Positions 8,658 through 18,695 of a stretch of 64,000 nt of DNA are shown here, piece after piece; the stretch's first letter is position 1, and each line of letters begins with the position of its first letter. Source of the stretch: Savitreella phatthalungensis. Lineage: Eukaryota. The notes under the pieces were generated by a model, which was given only the letters and a program-made list of their open reading frames with translations, searched no databases and had not been told where the DNA came from. The stretch lies in assembly GCA_051599415.1 (NCBI GenBank), contig AP039690.1, positions 310,001 through 374,000 of the forward strand. The letters are read 5' to 3'. A program made the translations under genes and the position numbers.

Positions 8658-10079
8658 CTACATATTCTTGCATTCGAGGATATATTCCCCTTTGATTTTC
8701 CGGCCGGATTCTCGATCCACAAAAGCAATACCCCCATGGCCGTGGCCTGGAAGCCAGCGCAAAAGGCACTCGCAAGAATCGCGGGAAATCACCTTACTGG
8801 GATCCCAAGCATTCAGATTGTTCATGCCGGAAGGCAGAAGCCACGGCAGGGTGAACTTACCCGGCAACAAGCCATGAAAATCTGCCTCGTAGAAGTCGAC
8901 GTGCGTGCCCTCCTGCAGTAAGAAGGTTGTCGGAAAGCGATACCAATCGTTGCCGAGACAGACATGCGCTCCCGCCGGAAGACGTGGAAACAGCGTGAGT
9001 GGCGCACTATAAGAGCGTGTGAGGTCAAGGACGCGGTAAGCAGAAATACTAGCAGAGGTAGCGAGGAGTGCGCCTATGCCAATAGAGACGACTGTCCTCG
9101 GCGTCAATTTCTTAACGAGTCCATGCACGTCTGCGAGTGCCATAGCCCCGAGTAACAGAACCGCTGGATATGCCGGGAAGAGGAAACGCTCCTCCTTGTG
9201 GGGCTGACTGAAGAAGACGAGAGCCCAAAGCGACGGCCCCACTACGACGAGCCATTGCCGGCGAGCGAATGCGCAGACCATGCCGAGACTCGCTAGCATA
9301 AGCCAAGCGTTCAAATTGAGGAGCAAATTCTTGACGTAGTACATGAGGGGCTCGGTGCCAAAGAGATCCGGACCGCGCTCCGTCCCGCCGAAGACGTTGT
9401 AAAGGACAATATTAAGCGCGACAAGAACCCAACGTCGGTAAAAGTAGTAGTCCACAACGATAGAGATGAGAGCGATCTGAGCGCTCACGATGGCGGCTCG
9501 CAGGACACTGAGCCATGCTTTGTCATATAATGCGTTCAGAGCAACTGGCAATCCAAGCAAGGCACTAAAAGGCCAGCCTATGAGTGCACCGGATGCGATG
9601 CTGATCAACGCCAAAGTGTGCTGGCGGTCAAGACTGAAAGCCAATGCAGCGCAAGAGGTGTACATGGTGAAGGAGCTCGGAAGCAGGGCCGTGGAAGCGA
9701 CGAACATGCCTGTTGTCGACGCCAAGCCCGCCAGCAGATAGTTGGCTACGCGGATGCCATAACGTCTTTCTACAGCGCAAACGAGTTTTGTTTCGACCAG
9801 GGCGCTGATTGTGCCCAACACCCCTCTGAGTAGGTAGAACTGCATCTCCCGTGATAGACCGCTTTTGAACGGTAACAGTATGGCGGCATGCAGACCAATG
9901 TACGACCATGAACGTATGGCATACTCTGGCGAATACTCCCATGTCTGGAAGCCTGTACCGTGAAGCAAATAGTGCAAGGGTTCCCAGTAGTTGAAAGTCT
10001 CGTCCGCATCGTGTATCAGATTTATCGCGGCGCTGAGCGTCCTTACTGCCAGCAGAATGGGAAGCGCTACGGCGCGCAT
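8658..10079 (-). CDS. ALG9: Alpha-1,2-mannosyltransferase (GT22)
   Basis: DADETFNYWEPLHYL, FQTWEYSPEYAIRS, QPHKEERFLFPAYP, WYRFP motifs; first ATG at 10079. Confidence 0.95.
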   Translation of the reverse strand: MRAVALPILLAVRTLSAAINLIHDADETFNYWEPLHYLLHGTGFQTWEYSPEYAIRSWSYIGLHAAILLPFKSGLSREMQFYLLRGVLGTISALVETKLVCAVERRYGIRVANYLLAGLASTTGMFVASTALLPSSFTMYTSCAALAFSLDRQHTLALISIASGALIGWPFSALLGLPVALNALYDKAWLSVLRAAIVSAQIALISIVVDYYFYRRWVLVALNIVLYNVFGGTERGPDLFGTEPLMYYVKNLLLNLNAWLMLASLGMVCAFARRQWLVVVGPSLWALVFFSQPHKEERFLFPAYPAVLLLGAMALADVHGLVKKLTPRTVVSIGIGALLATSASISAYRVLDLTRSYSAPLTLFPRLPAGAHVCLGNDWYRFPTTFLLQEGTHVDFYEADFHGLLPGKFTLPWLLPSGMNNLNAWDPSKVISRDSCECLLRWLPGHGHGGIAFVDRESGRKIKGEYILECKNM

Positions 10080-10157
10080 AGCTCCTTTCGCGTCAATTTC
10101 GAGGATCAGCAAGAAGTTCAATTGTGCTACGTCACACGTAGTCACGCGAAAATCATC

Positions 10158-10919
10158 CTAAAAGTTTAATCTTCTATTGAAAAGTTCCATCATAAGGTCG
10201 AAGCAGGTTGCAGTGATATGTGGATCATAGCGACCTTTGCTATCCTCGTCTCGTACAAAGGCATGGGCGGCCCAGGCCAGCTCGAGCCATGTGAATCGCA
10301 CGCCAGCGTCGTCCAGAGTCTGGCGAATAAGGGATCTGCCGTCACGCGGCACATGATTATCTTCCTTGCCAAATATTAGACACATCTCCCCAGTGATGTC
10401 GCCGCGAGACGCGCGATCAAGCGAGTCAGTCCGGGTAGAGGACAGGGTGCAACTGTGGATGTCGGTTCCGAAGAATGTCACAGTCGCAGATACGGAAGGA
10501 TTGAAAGCAGCACGAAAGGCCAAGTGACCACCCAAACAGATTCCCGTTGCGCCAATCTTGCCCGTGCAGTGTGCATGAGATTGTAAATAAGCGACTGTCA
10601 GATCGCTGTCCTCATCGAATGCAGTCAGTTTCTTCTCGACCTTGTACTTGTTGCCAAGCTCGGTGTCTTCTGGCGAATACGTCATAGCTCTAGTGCCCTC
10701 AAACTCGTGATAGCTGGAGGGACAGGCGACGACATAGCCGCGTCCTGCGATCAATCTGCACAGACGCTCAACAGGCTTCGTGACCTGGTAGATCTCGCTG
10801 AAAACGACAACGCCGGGAAATTTGGCATCCGGTGTATGCGGGATCGTCGGCGAGAAGACGAAGACCCGCATCACATTGCTGGAGGTAGGCAGGTCGACAT
10901 ATGAATCGCGGACGAGCAT
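10158..10919 (-). CDS. Dienelactone hydrolase family (carboxymethylenebutenolidase)
   Basis: SEIYQVT, nucleophile motif GICLGG, D..HVP, HAFVRDE. Confidence 0.92.
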   Translation of the reverse strand: MLVRDSYVDLPTSSNVMRVFVFSPTIPHTPDAKFPGVVVFSEIYQVTKPVERLCRLIAGRGYVVACPSSYHEFEGTRAMTYSPEDTELGNKYKVEKKLTAFDEDSDLTVAYLQSHAHCTGKIGATGICLGGHLAFRAAFNPSVSATVTFFGTDIHSCTLSSTRTDSLDRASRGDITGEMCLIFGKEDNHVPRDGRSLIRQTLDDAGVRFTWLELAWAAHAFVRDEDSKGRYDPHITATCFDLMMELFNRRLNF

Positions 10920-11070
10920 GTTACAGTTCTCCTACCGTGTCACAAACAGACGTTGATTTCTCTTTATCTCAGCTTTAAGACACTCACCTTTTAAGGATTA
11001 CGCAACCTTCTGGTTTCCAGCAATCACAAAGGGCGACATCAACATTGACCACGACAGCACGATCGGCGCT

Positions 11071-11766
11071 ATGCAAGCAGTTGTCTTCGGATCGACTGGT
11101 GCAGTAGGCAAAGCGCTCACGGCTGCGCTATGTCAAGACAAGCGGTACACTAAGGTGACGGCCGTAGTGCGGAAAGCAGACAGTCCTTTACCGGCTGGCT
11201 GCTCTCGCCTGGTGGTCGACTTCGATAACCTCGCAGATTACGTGCAAGCTCTACAGGGACACGACCACATTTTTTGCGCGCTTGGCACGACACGAGCTAT
11301 CGCTGGTTCTGCTGAGCGTTTCGTCGAGATCGATCAGCATCTCGTCGTCCAGGCGTGCTCTTTGAGCAAGAATGCTGCCAATACCTTGCAGCAGCATCTT
11401 CTCTACGTCTCTTCTGCAGGGGCTTCGTCTAGCAGTCCGTTCCTCTATCCGAAATCTAAGGCGCAGACCGAATCAAGATTGATGTCTCTCGGCTACGACA
11501 AGACCACGATCATGAGGCCTGGCTTTTTGGAAGCGGCCAACAGGGATGATACTCGTTGGTCCGAGCGTCTCGTGGGTCCCATTTTCAGCAGCCTTCGTTT
11601 CCTGGGGTTGCAGCGCGCGAGCGCCTCCGTCGTCGAGGTCGCGCGGGCCATGATTGCAGCTGCAAATGACAGGCGTGTAGCTGGACATGGCTCGGACAAT
11701 CACATTGTCAGCAATTCCGAAATCATAGCGCTCGCTAGAGAGCTGAGTACAGACTCAAATCAATAG
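11071..11766 (+). CDS. FMP52: NAD(P)-binding protein, Fmp52/TIP30 family
   Basis: GSTGAVG Rossmann motif, CALGTTRA.AGS, VSSAGA..SPFLYPKSK, RPGFL. Confidence 0.85.
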   Translation: MQAVVFGSTGAVGKALTAALCQDKRYTKVTAVVRKADSPLPAGCSRLVVDFDNLADYVQALQGHDHIFCALGTTRAIAGSAERFVEIDQHLVVQACSLSKNAANTLQQHLLYVSSAGASSSSPFLYPKSKAQTESRLMSLGYDKTTIMRPGFLEAANRDDTRWSERLVGPIFSSLRFLGLQRASASVVEVARAMIAAANDRRVAGHGSDNHIVSNSEIIALARELSTDSNQ

Positions 11767-11978
11767 ATTGCTTTGCGTGCCGTACGAGTATACGATCTCA
11801 TCCACCTGTATTTGATTGCCTCCAAAATTGATGTACCGAAACTGATCAACTATAGATACATCCATGCACACACTACATGCCCTCGCTTGTTTGTTTTGAA
11901 TTTGGCGTTAGGCGACATAAGTATCCGCGTATCCTTTATAAGCGATCCCTCACACGTAAGGACACGGACTTTGCACAG

Positions 11979-12545
11979 ATGCCGACGCGTGTTTTCGCAG
12001 ACGATGACGCTGATTTTGTAGCGGAGTTCGACAGCTTCCGCAAGGCTAGCGCGGCAGAGGCCGAAGCCGCGACAGAGGCGATCGAGGCGCTCGAGAATCA
12101 AGTCTCACTCACCGCACGTGAAAATGCAAGACTCAAAGCACAGCTCGACCGTGCTCAGAAGCAAATTGATACGCTAAGCGCAAAGTTGGATGCCCGGTCA
12201 AGCAACGGAATCAGTGACAGCGGCGTACGCGAAGAGGTCTACCAAGATTTGACCGGTCTGGTCATCTCGCGCGTGGAACGCTCTCATGGAGAGGCGACAC
12301 TTCACTGTGTCCAGACTGGCCGCAACGGGACAATACACTACACCCTTGCATGGCCGCGTGAGGATCGGGAGGCTCAGATTGTGTACACCCCGCAACTGGA
12401 CGACGCTGACGGCACAGGCCGAGATCACGACTTGCGCGACATCTTGCCGGAATACCTGGCAACGCAGATCATGTTCAAACAAGATCAAGCTTCATTGTTT
12501 GCCTATAGATTGTGGACAGCGATGCAGAAGCGCCAGGATGTGTAA
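11979..12545 (+). CDS. CSM1: Monopolin subunit Csm1/Pcs1
   Basis: Coiled coil then YQDLTGLVI..CVQTGRNGTIHY..YTPQLD..LPEYL..F, the Csm1 C-terminal domain. Start uncertain (11877 or 11979). Confidence 0.82.
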   Translation: MPTRVFADDDADFVAEFDSFRKASAAEAEAATEAIEALENQVSLTARENARLKAQLDRAQKQIDTLSAKLDARSSNGISDSGVREEVYQDLTGLVISRVERSHGEATLHCVQTGRNGTIHYTLAWPREDREAQIVYTPQLDDADGTGRDHDLRDILPEYLATQIMFKQDQASLFAYRLWTAMQKRQDV

Positions 12546-12568
12546 ATAGTCATTTCATCAGTTCTCTT

Positions 12569-13261
12569 CTACCATCTCAGTCCACGGAACAGGCTGGTCG
12601 CACCAACAATGATACCTGCAGCAGCAGCCCACAGAAGCATGGTTCCACCTTTTGAAGCGGTCGCGAGATGATTCTGCCCACTCTGAAGCAGGATCTCACG
12701 CTTCTTCTTCGCCTTTGCAGACGACTTCGGATGAAGTGTCGAGGTGGGCAGCATTGCAGGCGTACTGGAAACAAGGTACAACGGCTGGACTGGCGCACCA
12801 AATTGGCGGTTCAAAATCAGCTTATAAACCTGATGATAAGCATCCATGCTTACGCTGTAGCTGCTCATAGTATCGTTGTAACTGTACCGTCTGATGGCTG
12901 AAGTCGATGCGCACGGATTTGACATCAGCTGACGCGAGTCCTCGACTATTGGCACCATCGTAAGTGCGCCATCAGAAGCAGAAATTGTGTATTGCCCGTG
13001 CTGCCACATAAGGGACGCTGTCGGACATTGCGGCGTCGCCGGATTCGGTGTGATAACGTACATTGCTGACTCAAAGAAGCCGTCATTTGTGAATGAGTAA
13101 GAGACACCGGGCAAACGTGGCTCCTTGAATGTCTCAGAAGCAGGGTCGTAGAAGCCGCTGCCGGTGAGGACTGTGCCGGATTTCGACTGCCAAGTGCCCA
13201 ACAGGGTCTGTTCTGCCATTGCGCCGGCGGCCAAAGCGCTTAGTAAGGTCAATAAGGCCAT
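12569..13261 (-). CDS. ROT1: ER chaperone Rot1
   Basis: Signal peptide, GTWQSKS..VLTGSGFYDP..EP.LPGVSYSFT.DGFFE, MLPT..L, C-terminal TM helix. Confidence 0.93.
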   Translation of the reverse strand: MALLTLLSALAAGAMAEQTLLGTWQSKSGTVLTGSGFYDPASETFKEPRLPGVSYSFTNDGFFESAMYVITPNPATPQCPTASLMWQHGQYTISASDGALTMVPIVEDSRQLMSNPCASTSAIRRYSYNDTMSSYSVSMDAYHQVYKLILNRQFGAPVQPLYLVSSTPAMLPTSTLHPKSSAKAKKKREILLQSGQNHLATASKGGTMLLWAAAAGIIVGATSLFRGLRW

Positions 13262-13923
13262 CAGAGGCAGAGTGTTCTCACAATGTGGCCAGGCCGAGTG
13301 CCTGCCTGTTCAATCGCGCTTCTAGATTGTGGGATGTGTTTCTGCAGAACAATTTGCTGCACTTCAATGCGCTGTCGAAGCTCGTTTGATGCCAGCAGGA
13401 GCTTGCTCAGCGATACTTCCGAATGAGCTTGATGTCGTCGTGCTGAACTATTCATCAAGTAACGCTTGCCGTGGTCGATTGACCAGACCTCGACTATGAC
13501 AATTGCCGATGCATCATCTCTTGGCCAAATGAATAAATGCTTGCTGGGCCGGCGTTACACCAAGGCCTCCCCAAGCTGATTGGCGTGCAAATTAGGCAGA
13601 CGCTTGGCATGCACTGGTGGAAAAGAGTCAAGAACCTAAAAACCTGTATTCGAATGTGTGTTGCTGCTAATGATGACATTCCGGTCGGTGGATTCAATCG
13701 AATTTGTCCGCCATGGGCCCTGCGAGGAGGGATTTTTGACAAATATTTGAAAATCGATCGCTGCATCATACACTGCATGGTCAGACTCTCCGACCTCTAG
13801 GCTGAGTTGACTCAACGTGACATGTGGACGTCTTCGAGTCCTTTCAACTGACAGCAATTTATCTTCGTCTTCCTTCGATCGCACCAGAGAACCGGACGTT
13901 AGCTTCGTCGATCGTGCACGAGC

Positions 13924-15480
13924 ATGTCGTCCTCCGACTGGGATGAGAATAAGGCTTTGAGTTATCTGCACAACGTGACTATCGACTCGTGGGTGCTTCT
14001 CCGCGACACATTCAACCGCATCCCCGGCAGCGACATCCTCGTGCGATACATCAAGAACAGCCACCAGAATGATCCGATTCGGACTTTCATCGAGGCGCTA
14101 CTGGTCATCTTTGCGATCTGGTACTTCACTGGAAAGACCTATCATCCGGATAGCAACGCGGTCAAGTTGACCGAGCGTGAAGTTGATGAGCTCATTAATG
14201 AATGGCAGCCCGAGCAGCTTGTGGAGGCCGCGACAGCTGACGAGCAGGCAGAGCTTGAAAGAATTCCTGTCATTGAGGGTCCAGTTGGTCCAAAAGTCCG
14301 CGTTCGCTCACAGGCCAAGCCTGTAACCCACCTCGCCTCTTATAATTTCCTCGAGCTGCTGCATCATCCCGAGATTAAGTCCGGTGCTCGCAAGATACTT
14401 CGGGCCTATGGCGTTGGAGCTTGTGGTCCCCCGGGATTCTACGGCACGCAAGATGTCCACATGGATATGGAGCGTGATATTGCCAATTTTCTCGGTACAG
14501 AGGCGTGCATCGTGTACGCGCAAGCATTCGGGACGATCGGATCAGTCATTCCAGCATTCGCTAAACGAGGAGACGTCATCGTGGTCGACAAGGCTGTCAA
14601 CTTTGCCATTCAGAAGGGCTTGCAGATCTCGCGATGCACACTTCGCTGGTACGAACACAACGACATGGCAGATCTCGAGCGCGTCCTTGCCGAGGTGTCT
14701 CGCGAACAAGCGAGAAGAGGTCGCCTGACACGTCGTTTCATCGTCACCGAGGGTATCTTTGCGGACTACGGTGATCTTCTCAATTTACCGAAGGTGGTAG
14801 AGCTCAAGCGAAAGTACAAGTTCAGGCTAATGCTGGACGACACATGGGCATTTGCAACTATCGGAGCTACAGGCAGAGGCTCATGTGAGCACTGGAACGT
14901 CAATCCGCGGGAGATTGACATGCTCGTTGGGTCATTGTCAACCTCCTTCTGCTCGGGAGGAGGATTCTGTGCAGGCTCGGTCGAGGTGGTCGAGCACCAA
15001 CGCATCACCGGTGCATCATATGTCTTCTCCGCGGCTATGCCAGCGATGCTAGCCGTGGCTGTCTCTGACTCAATCAATCTCGTGCGCCAAGACCCGAGTC
15101 TCTTCAGTCGACTGCAGGAAAATGCGCGGCTCTTCCGCGCCGCGATCGCCAGCGATGGGTCGGCCGATATCGAATGTATCTCGTGGGAACGCTCCCCCAT
15201 GCTCCATCTTCGACTGGCGAAACCTGCGGCGGACGAGGCCGAGGAGCTCCGGTTGATCCGTGGCATCACAGACGAATGTCTCGCGCACGGCGTCTTGTGC
15301 GTTCGCGCAAAACAGGTTGATGGCAGTGTGTTCCGTGGCGCTGACCTGCTACGGTCCTCGATTCGCATTTGTGTAACGGCGGGACATAACAAGCAAGATC
15401 TCGAGCGCGCTGCCAAGGTCATCAAGGCTGCTTTCACGAAAGTTTCGCGTGCCCGTTTTGCGTCAGCGTCATCGGCTTGA
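13924..15480 (+). CDS. LCB1: Serine palmitoyltransferase subunit 1
   Basis: SHQNDPIRT, YGVGACGPPGFYGTQDVH, HQRI..YVFSA; lacks the PLP lysine (GSLST), as expected for LCB1. Confidence 0.96.
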   Translation: MSSSDWDENKALSYLHNVTIDSWVLLRDTFNRIPGSDILVRYIKNSHQNDPIRTFIEALLVIFAIWYFTGKTYHPDSNAVKLTEREVDELINEWQPEQLVEAATADEQAELERIPVIEGPVGPKVRVRSQAKPVTHLASYNFLELLHHPEIKSGARKILRAYGVGACGPPGFYGTQDVHMDMERDIANFLGTEACIVYAQAFGTIGSVIPAFAKRGDVIVVDKAVNFAIQKGLQISRCTLRWYEHNDMADLERVLAEVSREQARRGRLTRRFIVTEGIFADYGDLLNLPKVVELKRKYKFRLMLDDTWAFATIGATGRGSCEHWNVNPREIDMLVGSLSTSFCSGGGFCAGSVEVVEHQRITGASYVFSAAMPAMLAVAVSDSINLVRQDPSLFSRLQENARLFRAAIASDGSADIECISWERSPMLHLRLAKPAADEAEELRLIRGITDECLAHGVLCVRAKQVDGSVFRGADLLRSSIRICVTAGHNKQDLERAAKVIKAAFTKVSRARFASASSA

Positions 15481-15554
15481 GTGGACGACCAAGAACTTCA
15501 CGGAAGCTGCCAATCTTGGACCATAAAAAGATGTCTGACTTTCTCTGACATTTT

Positions 15555-16088
15555 TCATTCGACAGTGGTCTTCTGCGCCATCCTGCGACGAGCCGACAAT
15601 ATGGCAGCCTCCTTTCGTCGCTGTAGCAGAGCCTCTCGTTCTTGGCGCGACTTTGACCAGTTGTTCTGCGACGAGACCGGACTTGTGTCCTGGCTATCCT
15701 CTTCCAGCCGATCCTGTAGTCTGTAGCGCTGGATGAGATTCTCCCTGACCTCAGATTCGCTTTGCTTGCCCGTGTGCGGCCCACGATCGGCAGGTGCGCG
15801 CGTGTAACCCCGGAATGGGCTATTTGCAGGTACTTCCGGCAATTCCACGTTATTCATAAGCTTCTCAACTGTCTGTGAGACGTCGTGCGTCCTTGATAGA
15901 TCATACGCCACTCTGTCGACAGGCGCTTGAGGGAACATTAGGGATACCTGATCGATGTTGCGCTCTATCCATTGGCGGGTGCTGGCATCGCCTCGGGTCG
16001 TAGTACTGGATCTCTCGCCTACGAGTATCTGTCTGACGACAAACACGATCAGAAGCGCAGCAAGCAAGAGCAGTATCAGGTCATCCAT
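15555..16088 (-). CDS. Membrane-anchored CUE-domain protein (Cue1/Cue4-like, ERAD)
   Basis: N-terminal TM helix, MFPQ..YDL..T CUE motif, NLIQRY.L and C-terminal WSK..ERE.LL..RK..IL.ARR segment. Confidence 0.85.
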   Translation of the reverse strand: MDDLILLLLAALLIVFVVRQILVGERSSTTTRGDASTRQWIERNIDQVSLMFPQAPVDRVAYDLSRTHDVSQTVEKLMNNVELPEVPANSPFRGYTRAPADRGPHTGKQSESEVRENLIQRYRLQDRLEEDSQDTSPVSSQNNWSKSRQEREALLQRRKEAAILSARRRMAQKTTVE

Positions 16089-16228
16089 GACTTATTACAC
16101 CTGCGAGTCCGAGAGCACGCTTTTGACTCGACGCTTAAGTGATTTGCAGTTCGTCACGGTTACCTGCTTGTAACGGTGGCAGTGCCGCTACGTTCAGCAG
16201 CCCACGCACAGAATGCTCCATGCATGCA

Positions 16229-16243
16229 AGAACTTTCGAGCAT
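16229..16243. promoter_or_regulatory. Possible heat-shock element upstream of MDJ1
   Basis: aGAAc tTTCg aGCAt: two perfect and one imperfect inverted nGAAn units about 125 bp before a chaperone gene. Short, so could be chance. Confidence 0.3.
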
Positions 16244-16367
16244 GTGGGCGCCCAAAAGATAGAAATCATATTTATACAATAATTGCGTTGTGCGTCCGCG
16301 CAAGCTAAGAAAAAGTCTGAAGATTGTGCCTGCGGATCTCTCTGGGTAATCAGACCGAGCACCATCG

Positions 16368-17774
16368 ATGATCTCCAGCCGTTTCTTCTTCCCCGCACGC
16401 CGGTCGCCCTGGTCGCGCCACTTCGCGACGTCGCGTCCCTCGGCTGCCGTCACTGACCCCTACAAGACCCTCGGGCTTGACCGGTCGGCAGACAAGGCCG
16501 CTATAAAGAAGGCGTACTTCAACCTGGCAAAGCAATATCATCCTGACTCCAACAAAGACCCAAAGGCAAAGGATCGCTATGTCGAGGTGCAAGAAGCATA
16601 TGAGATGCTGAAGGACCCGGCGAAAAAGGAGCAATTTGACACCTACGGCTCGGCTGGTTTCGATACTAACGGTAACCCGCAAAACCCTGGTTTCGGTGGA
16701 GGAGGCAATCCATTCGGCGCTGCTGGTTTTGGACCCGGCGGATTCAACTTTGATGATCTCTTCTCGGCATTCGGTGGCGCTGCGCGGGCAGGGGCAAGAG
16801 GAGCTGCCCAGAATCAGATCGTTGTCGGTGATGCCATTGAAGTTGCAACAAGCATTTCCTTCGCAGAAGCTGCACGTGGCTCTTCGAAGTCTATCCGTAT
16901 AGAGCCTCTGACGAAGTGCTCGCCGTGTGAAGGCTCCGGTCTCAAGCCTGGTGAGAAGAAATCTGCGTGCTTGGCATGTGGTGGCGCCGGCACAAGAATT
17001 CATGTCATGCAGGGCGGCTTCCAAATGCAAATGACATGCGAAGTCTGTGGAGGCGCCGGTATAGTTATTCCAAGAGGCAAAGGATGCGGCTCTTGCGGAG
17101 GTGATGGTGTCGTTCGCACCGCCAAAACGGTGCGCGTCGACATTCCAGCCGGAATCGAGGACGGCATGCGTCTTCGCGTGGCAGGCGAAGGCGATGCGCC
17201 CGCTGTCGCCTCGCTACCTGGCAGCGTGCACACGCGCAACGGCGATCTTTACGTGCACGTACGGATACAGCCTTCGAAAGAATTCCAGCGGGATGGTCCA
17301 AATCTGCGACACCGCACCACCATTCCGATGACGACCGCCGCCCTAGGCGGCCGTGTCAGAATTCCGACACTGGATGGCACAGTTGAGATCAAGGTTCCAC
17401 AGGGCACCAACACGGGCGATGCGATCACAATGGCGGGCCGGGGCATGCCACGTCTATCGACTGGCCAGTTCGGAGCGCCCAGAGGCTCAGGTGACCTCAC
17501 TATCGAGTTCAAAGTGTCAATGCCGAAGCGTATATCGGCGCACGAACGCAACTTGCTCGAGCAACTTGCGCAATCATTCGGCGACGGCACAGCACGAAGG
17601 GAAACGCCAAGATCGGATGCCACAACGACCGCAACAGCTGAAAAGCCGGGCATTCTCGGCTCGATTTTCGACAAATATCGCTCAAAGACCTCAGACGAGC
17701 CGGCGGGTGATGCAGCACGTCAATCCGAGCAGGACAACGATCAACAAAGCGCGAAAAAGGCAAGCAGCTTGTAA
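16368..17774 (+). CDS. MDJ1: Mitochondrial type I DnaJ co-chaperone
   Basis: Arg/Ser-rich presequence, J domain with HPD, G/F region, four CxxCxGxG repeats. Confidence 0.95.
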   Translation: MISSRFFFPARRSPWSRHFATSRPSAAVTDPYKTLGLDRSADKAAIKKAYFNLAKQYHPDSNKDPKAKDRYVEVQEAYEMLKDPAKKEQFDTYGSAGFDTNGNPQNPGFGGGGNPFGAAGFGPGGFNFDDLFSAFGGAARAGARGAAQNQIVVGDAIEVATSISFAEAARGSSKSIRIEPLTKCSPCEGSGLKPGEKKSACLACGGAGTRIHVMQGGFQMQMTCEVCGGAGIVIPRGKGCGSCGGDGVVRTAKTVRVDIPAGIEDGMRLRVAGEGDAPAVASLPGSVHTRNGDLYVHVRIQPSKEFQRDGPNLRHRTTIPMTTAALGGRVRIPTLDGTVEIKVPQGTNTGDAITMAGRGMPRLSTGQFGAPRGSGDLTIEFKVSMPKRISAHERNLLEQLAQSFGDGTARRETPRSDATTTATAEKPGILGSIFDKYRSKTSDEPAGDAARQSEQDNDQQSAKKASSL

Positions 17775-17838
17775 GAATTCGCTCGCGTGATTTCATAGTG
17801 ACGACTGTTTTGATGAATGACAATATACCCCTCCTTTC

Positions 17839-18069
17839 CTACTCCTCCTTCTTCGCGAGTGCCATGATGCTGAGTAAAGCAATTGTCTCGACGCCGAGGA
17901 GAGCTGCGTAGATTGCGATGCCGCCGTGGGAACCTGTGCCGGAGTGCATGACCGGGGAGAAGCGTTCCGGTTGCCTGCCGTAAAACTGCATTCTTGCAGT
18001 AGGTTGTGTGATACCCTTGAGCGCTGTGCTCGAGCTGGATGCCTTGCGGATGAATTGACGTGTCAGCAT
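17839..18069 (-). CDS. Small hypothetical protein (76 aa), possible mitochondrial single-pass membrane protein
   Basis: MLTRQFIRKASSS.. basic presequence-like start, hydrophobic C-terminal helix, KKEE tail. Confidence 0.55.
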   Translation of the reverse strand: MLTRQFIRKASSSSTALKGITQPTARMQFYGRQPERFSPVMHSGTGSHGGIAIYAALLGVETIALLSIMALAKKEE

Positions 18070-18695
18070 TGTTCTTCGAGTGCTACTATGGGAGCTTGAC
18101 ACAATATGTGTTGATGGTTTGAGCGCAAGTCAATGTCGAGGAGGAACTACGAGGCTTCGGCTCCCGACGGTGAACTGGACACGAATGTTGAAGACTGGAA
18201 AAATCGTGATGCATCAGCCACAGGGCGAGACGATTTCTGCATCACGTGCGCGGAAAATCCCCGCTAGAGATATCGTAATAAGTATTGTGTTGCGCCGAGC
18301 AATTTCGGCTAGCACATCACTGTGCAGCAGCACCATCTGCGCACTTTAGACTGCAACAATCGAGTTGTTTGACATGCATACGGCCGCTGCATACAAGATA
18401 CTAGATAGCATCGATAGTCCGCGGATGTCGACGCAGATGTGAGACGAAGCGCATACTCGCCCGTCAAACAGGAACGCCGCCACGAGCGAGAAGAGCTATG
18501 GCCTTGCAGAGTAATCTTCTCGCAGTTGACACAAGCGATTTGCTCGAGCAACAACTGGTCCAACTCTGATCGTCTGCTTTTTTGACACTCGAGTCGCCGC
18601 TGTATTTGCACGACATGAACATGCATCTGAGTAGTCTAACGCATATATCACGATCATGCATTGAATTCACGCGTGTAGCACATACTTTGTAGTAC

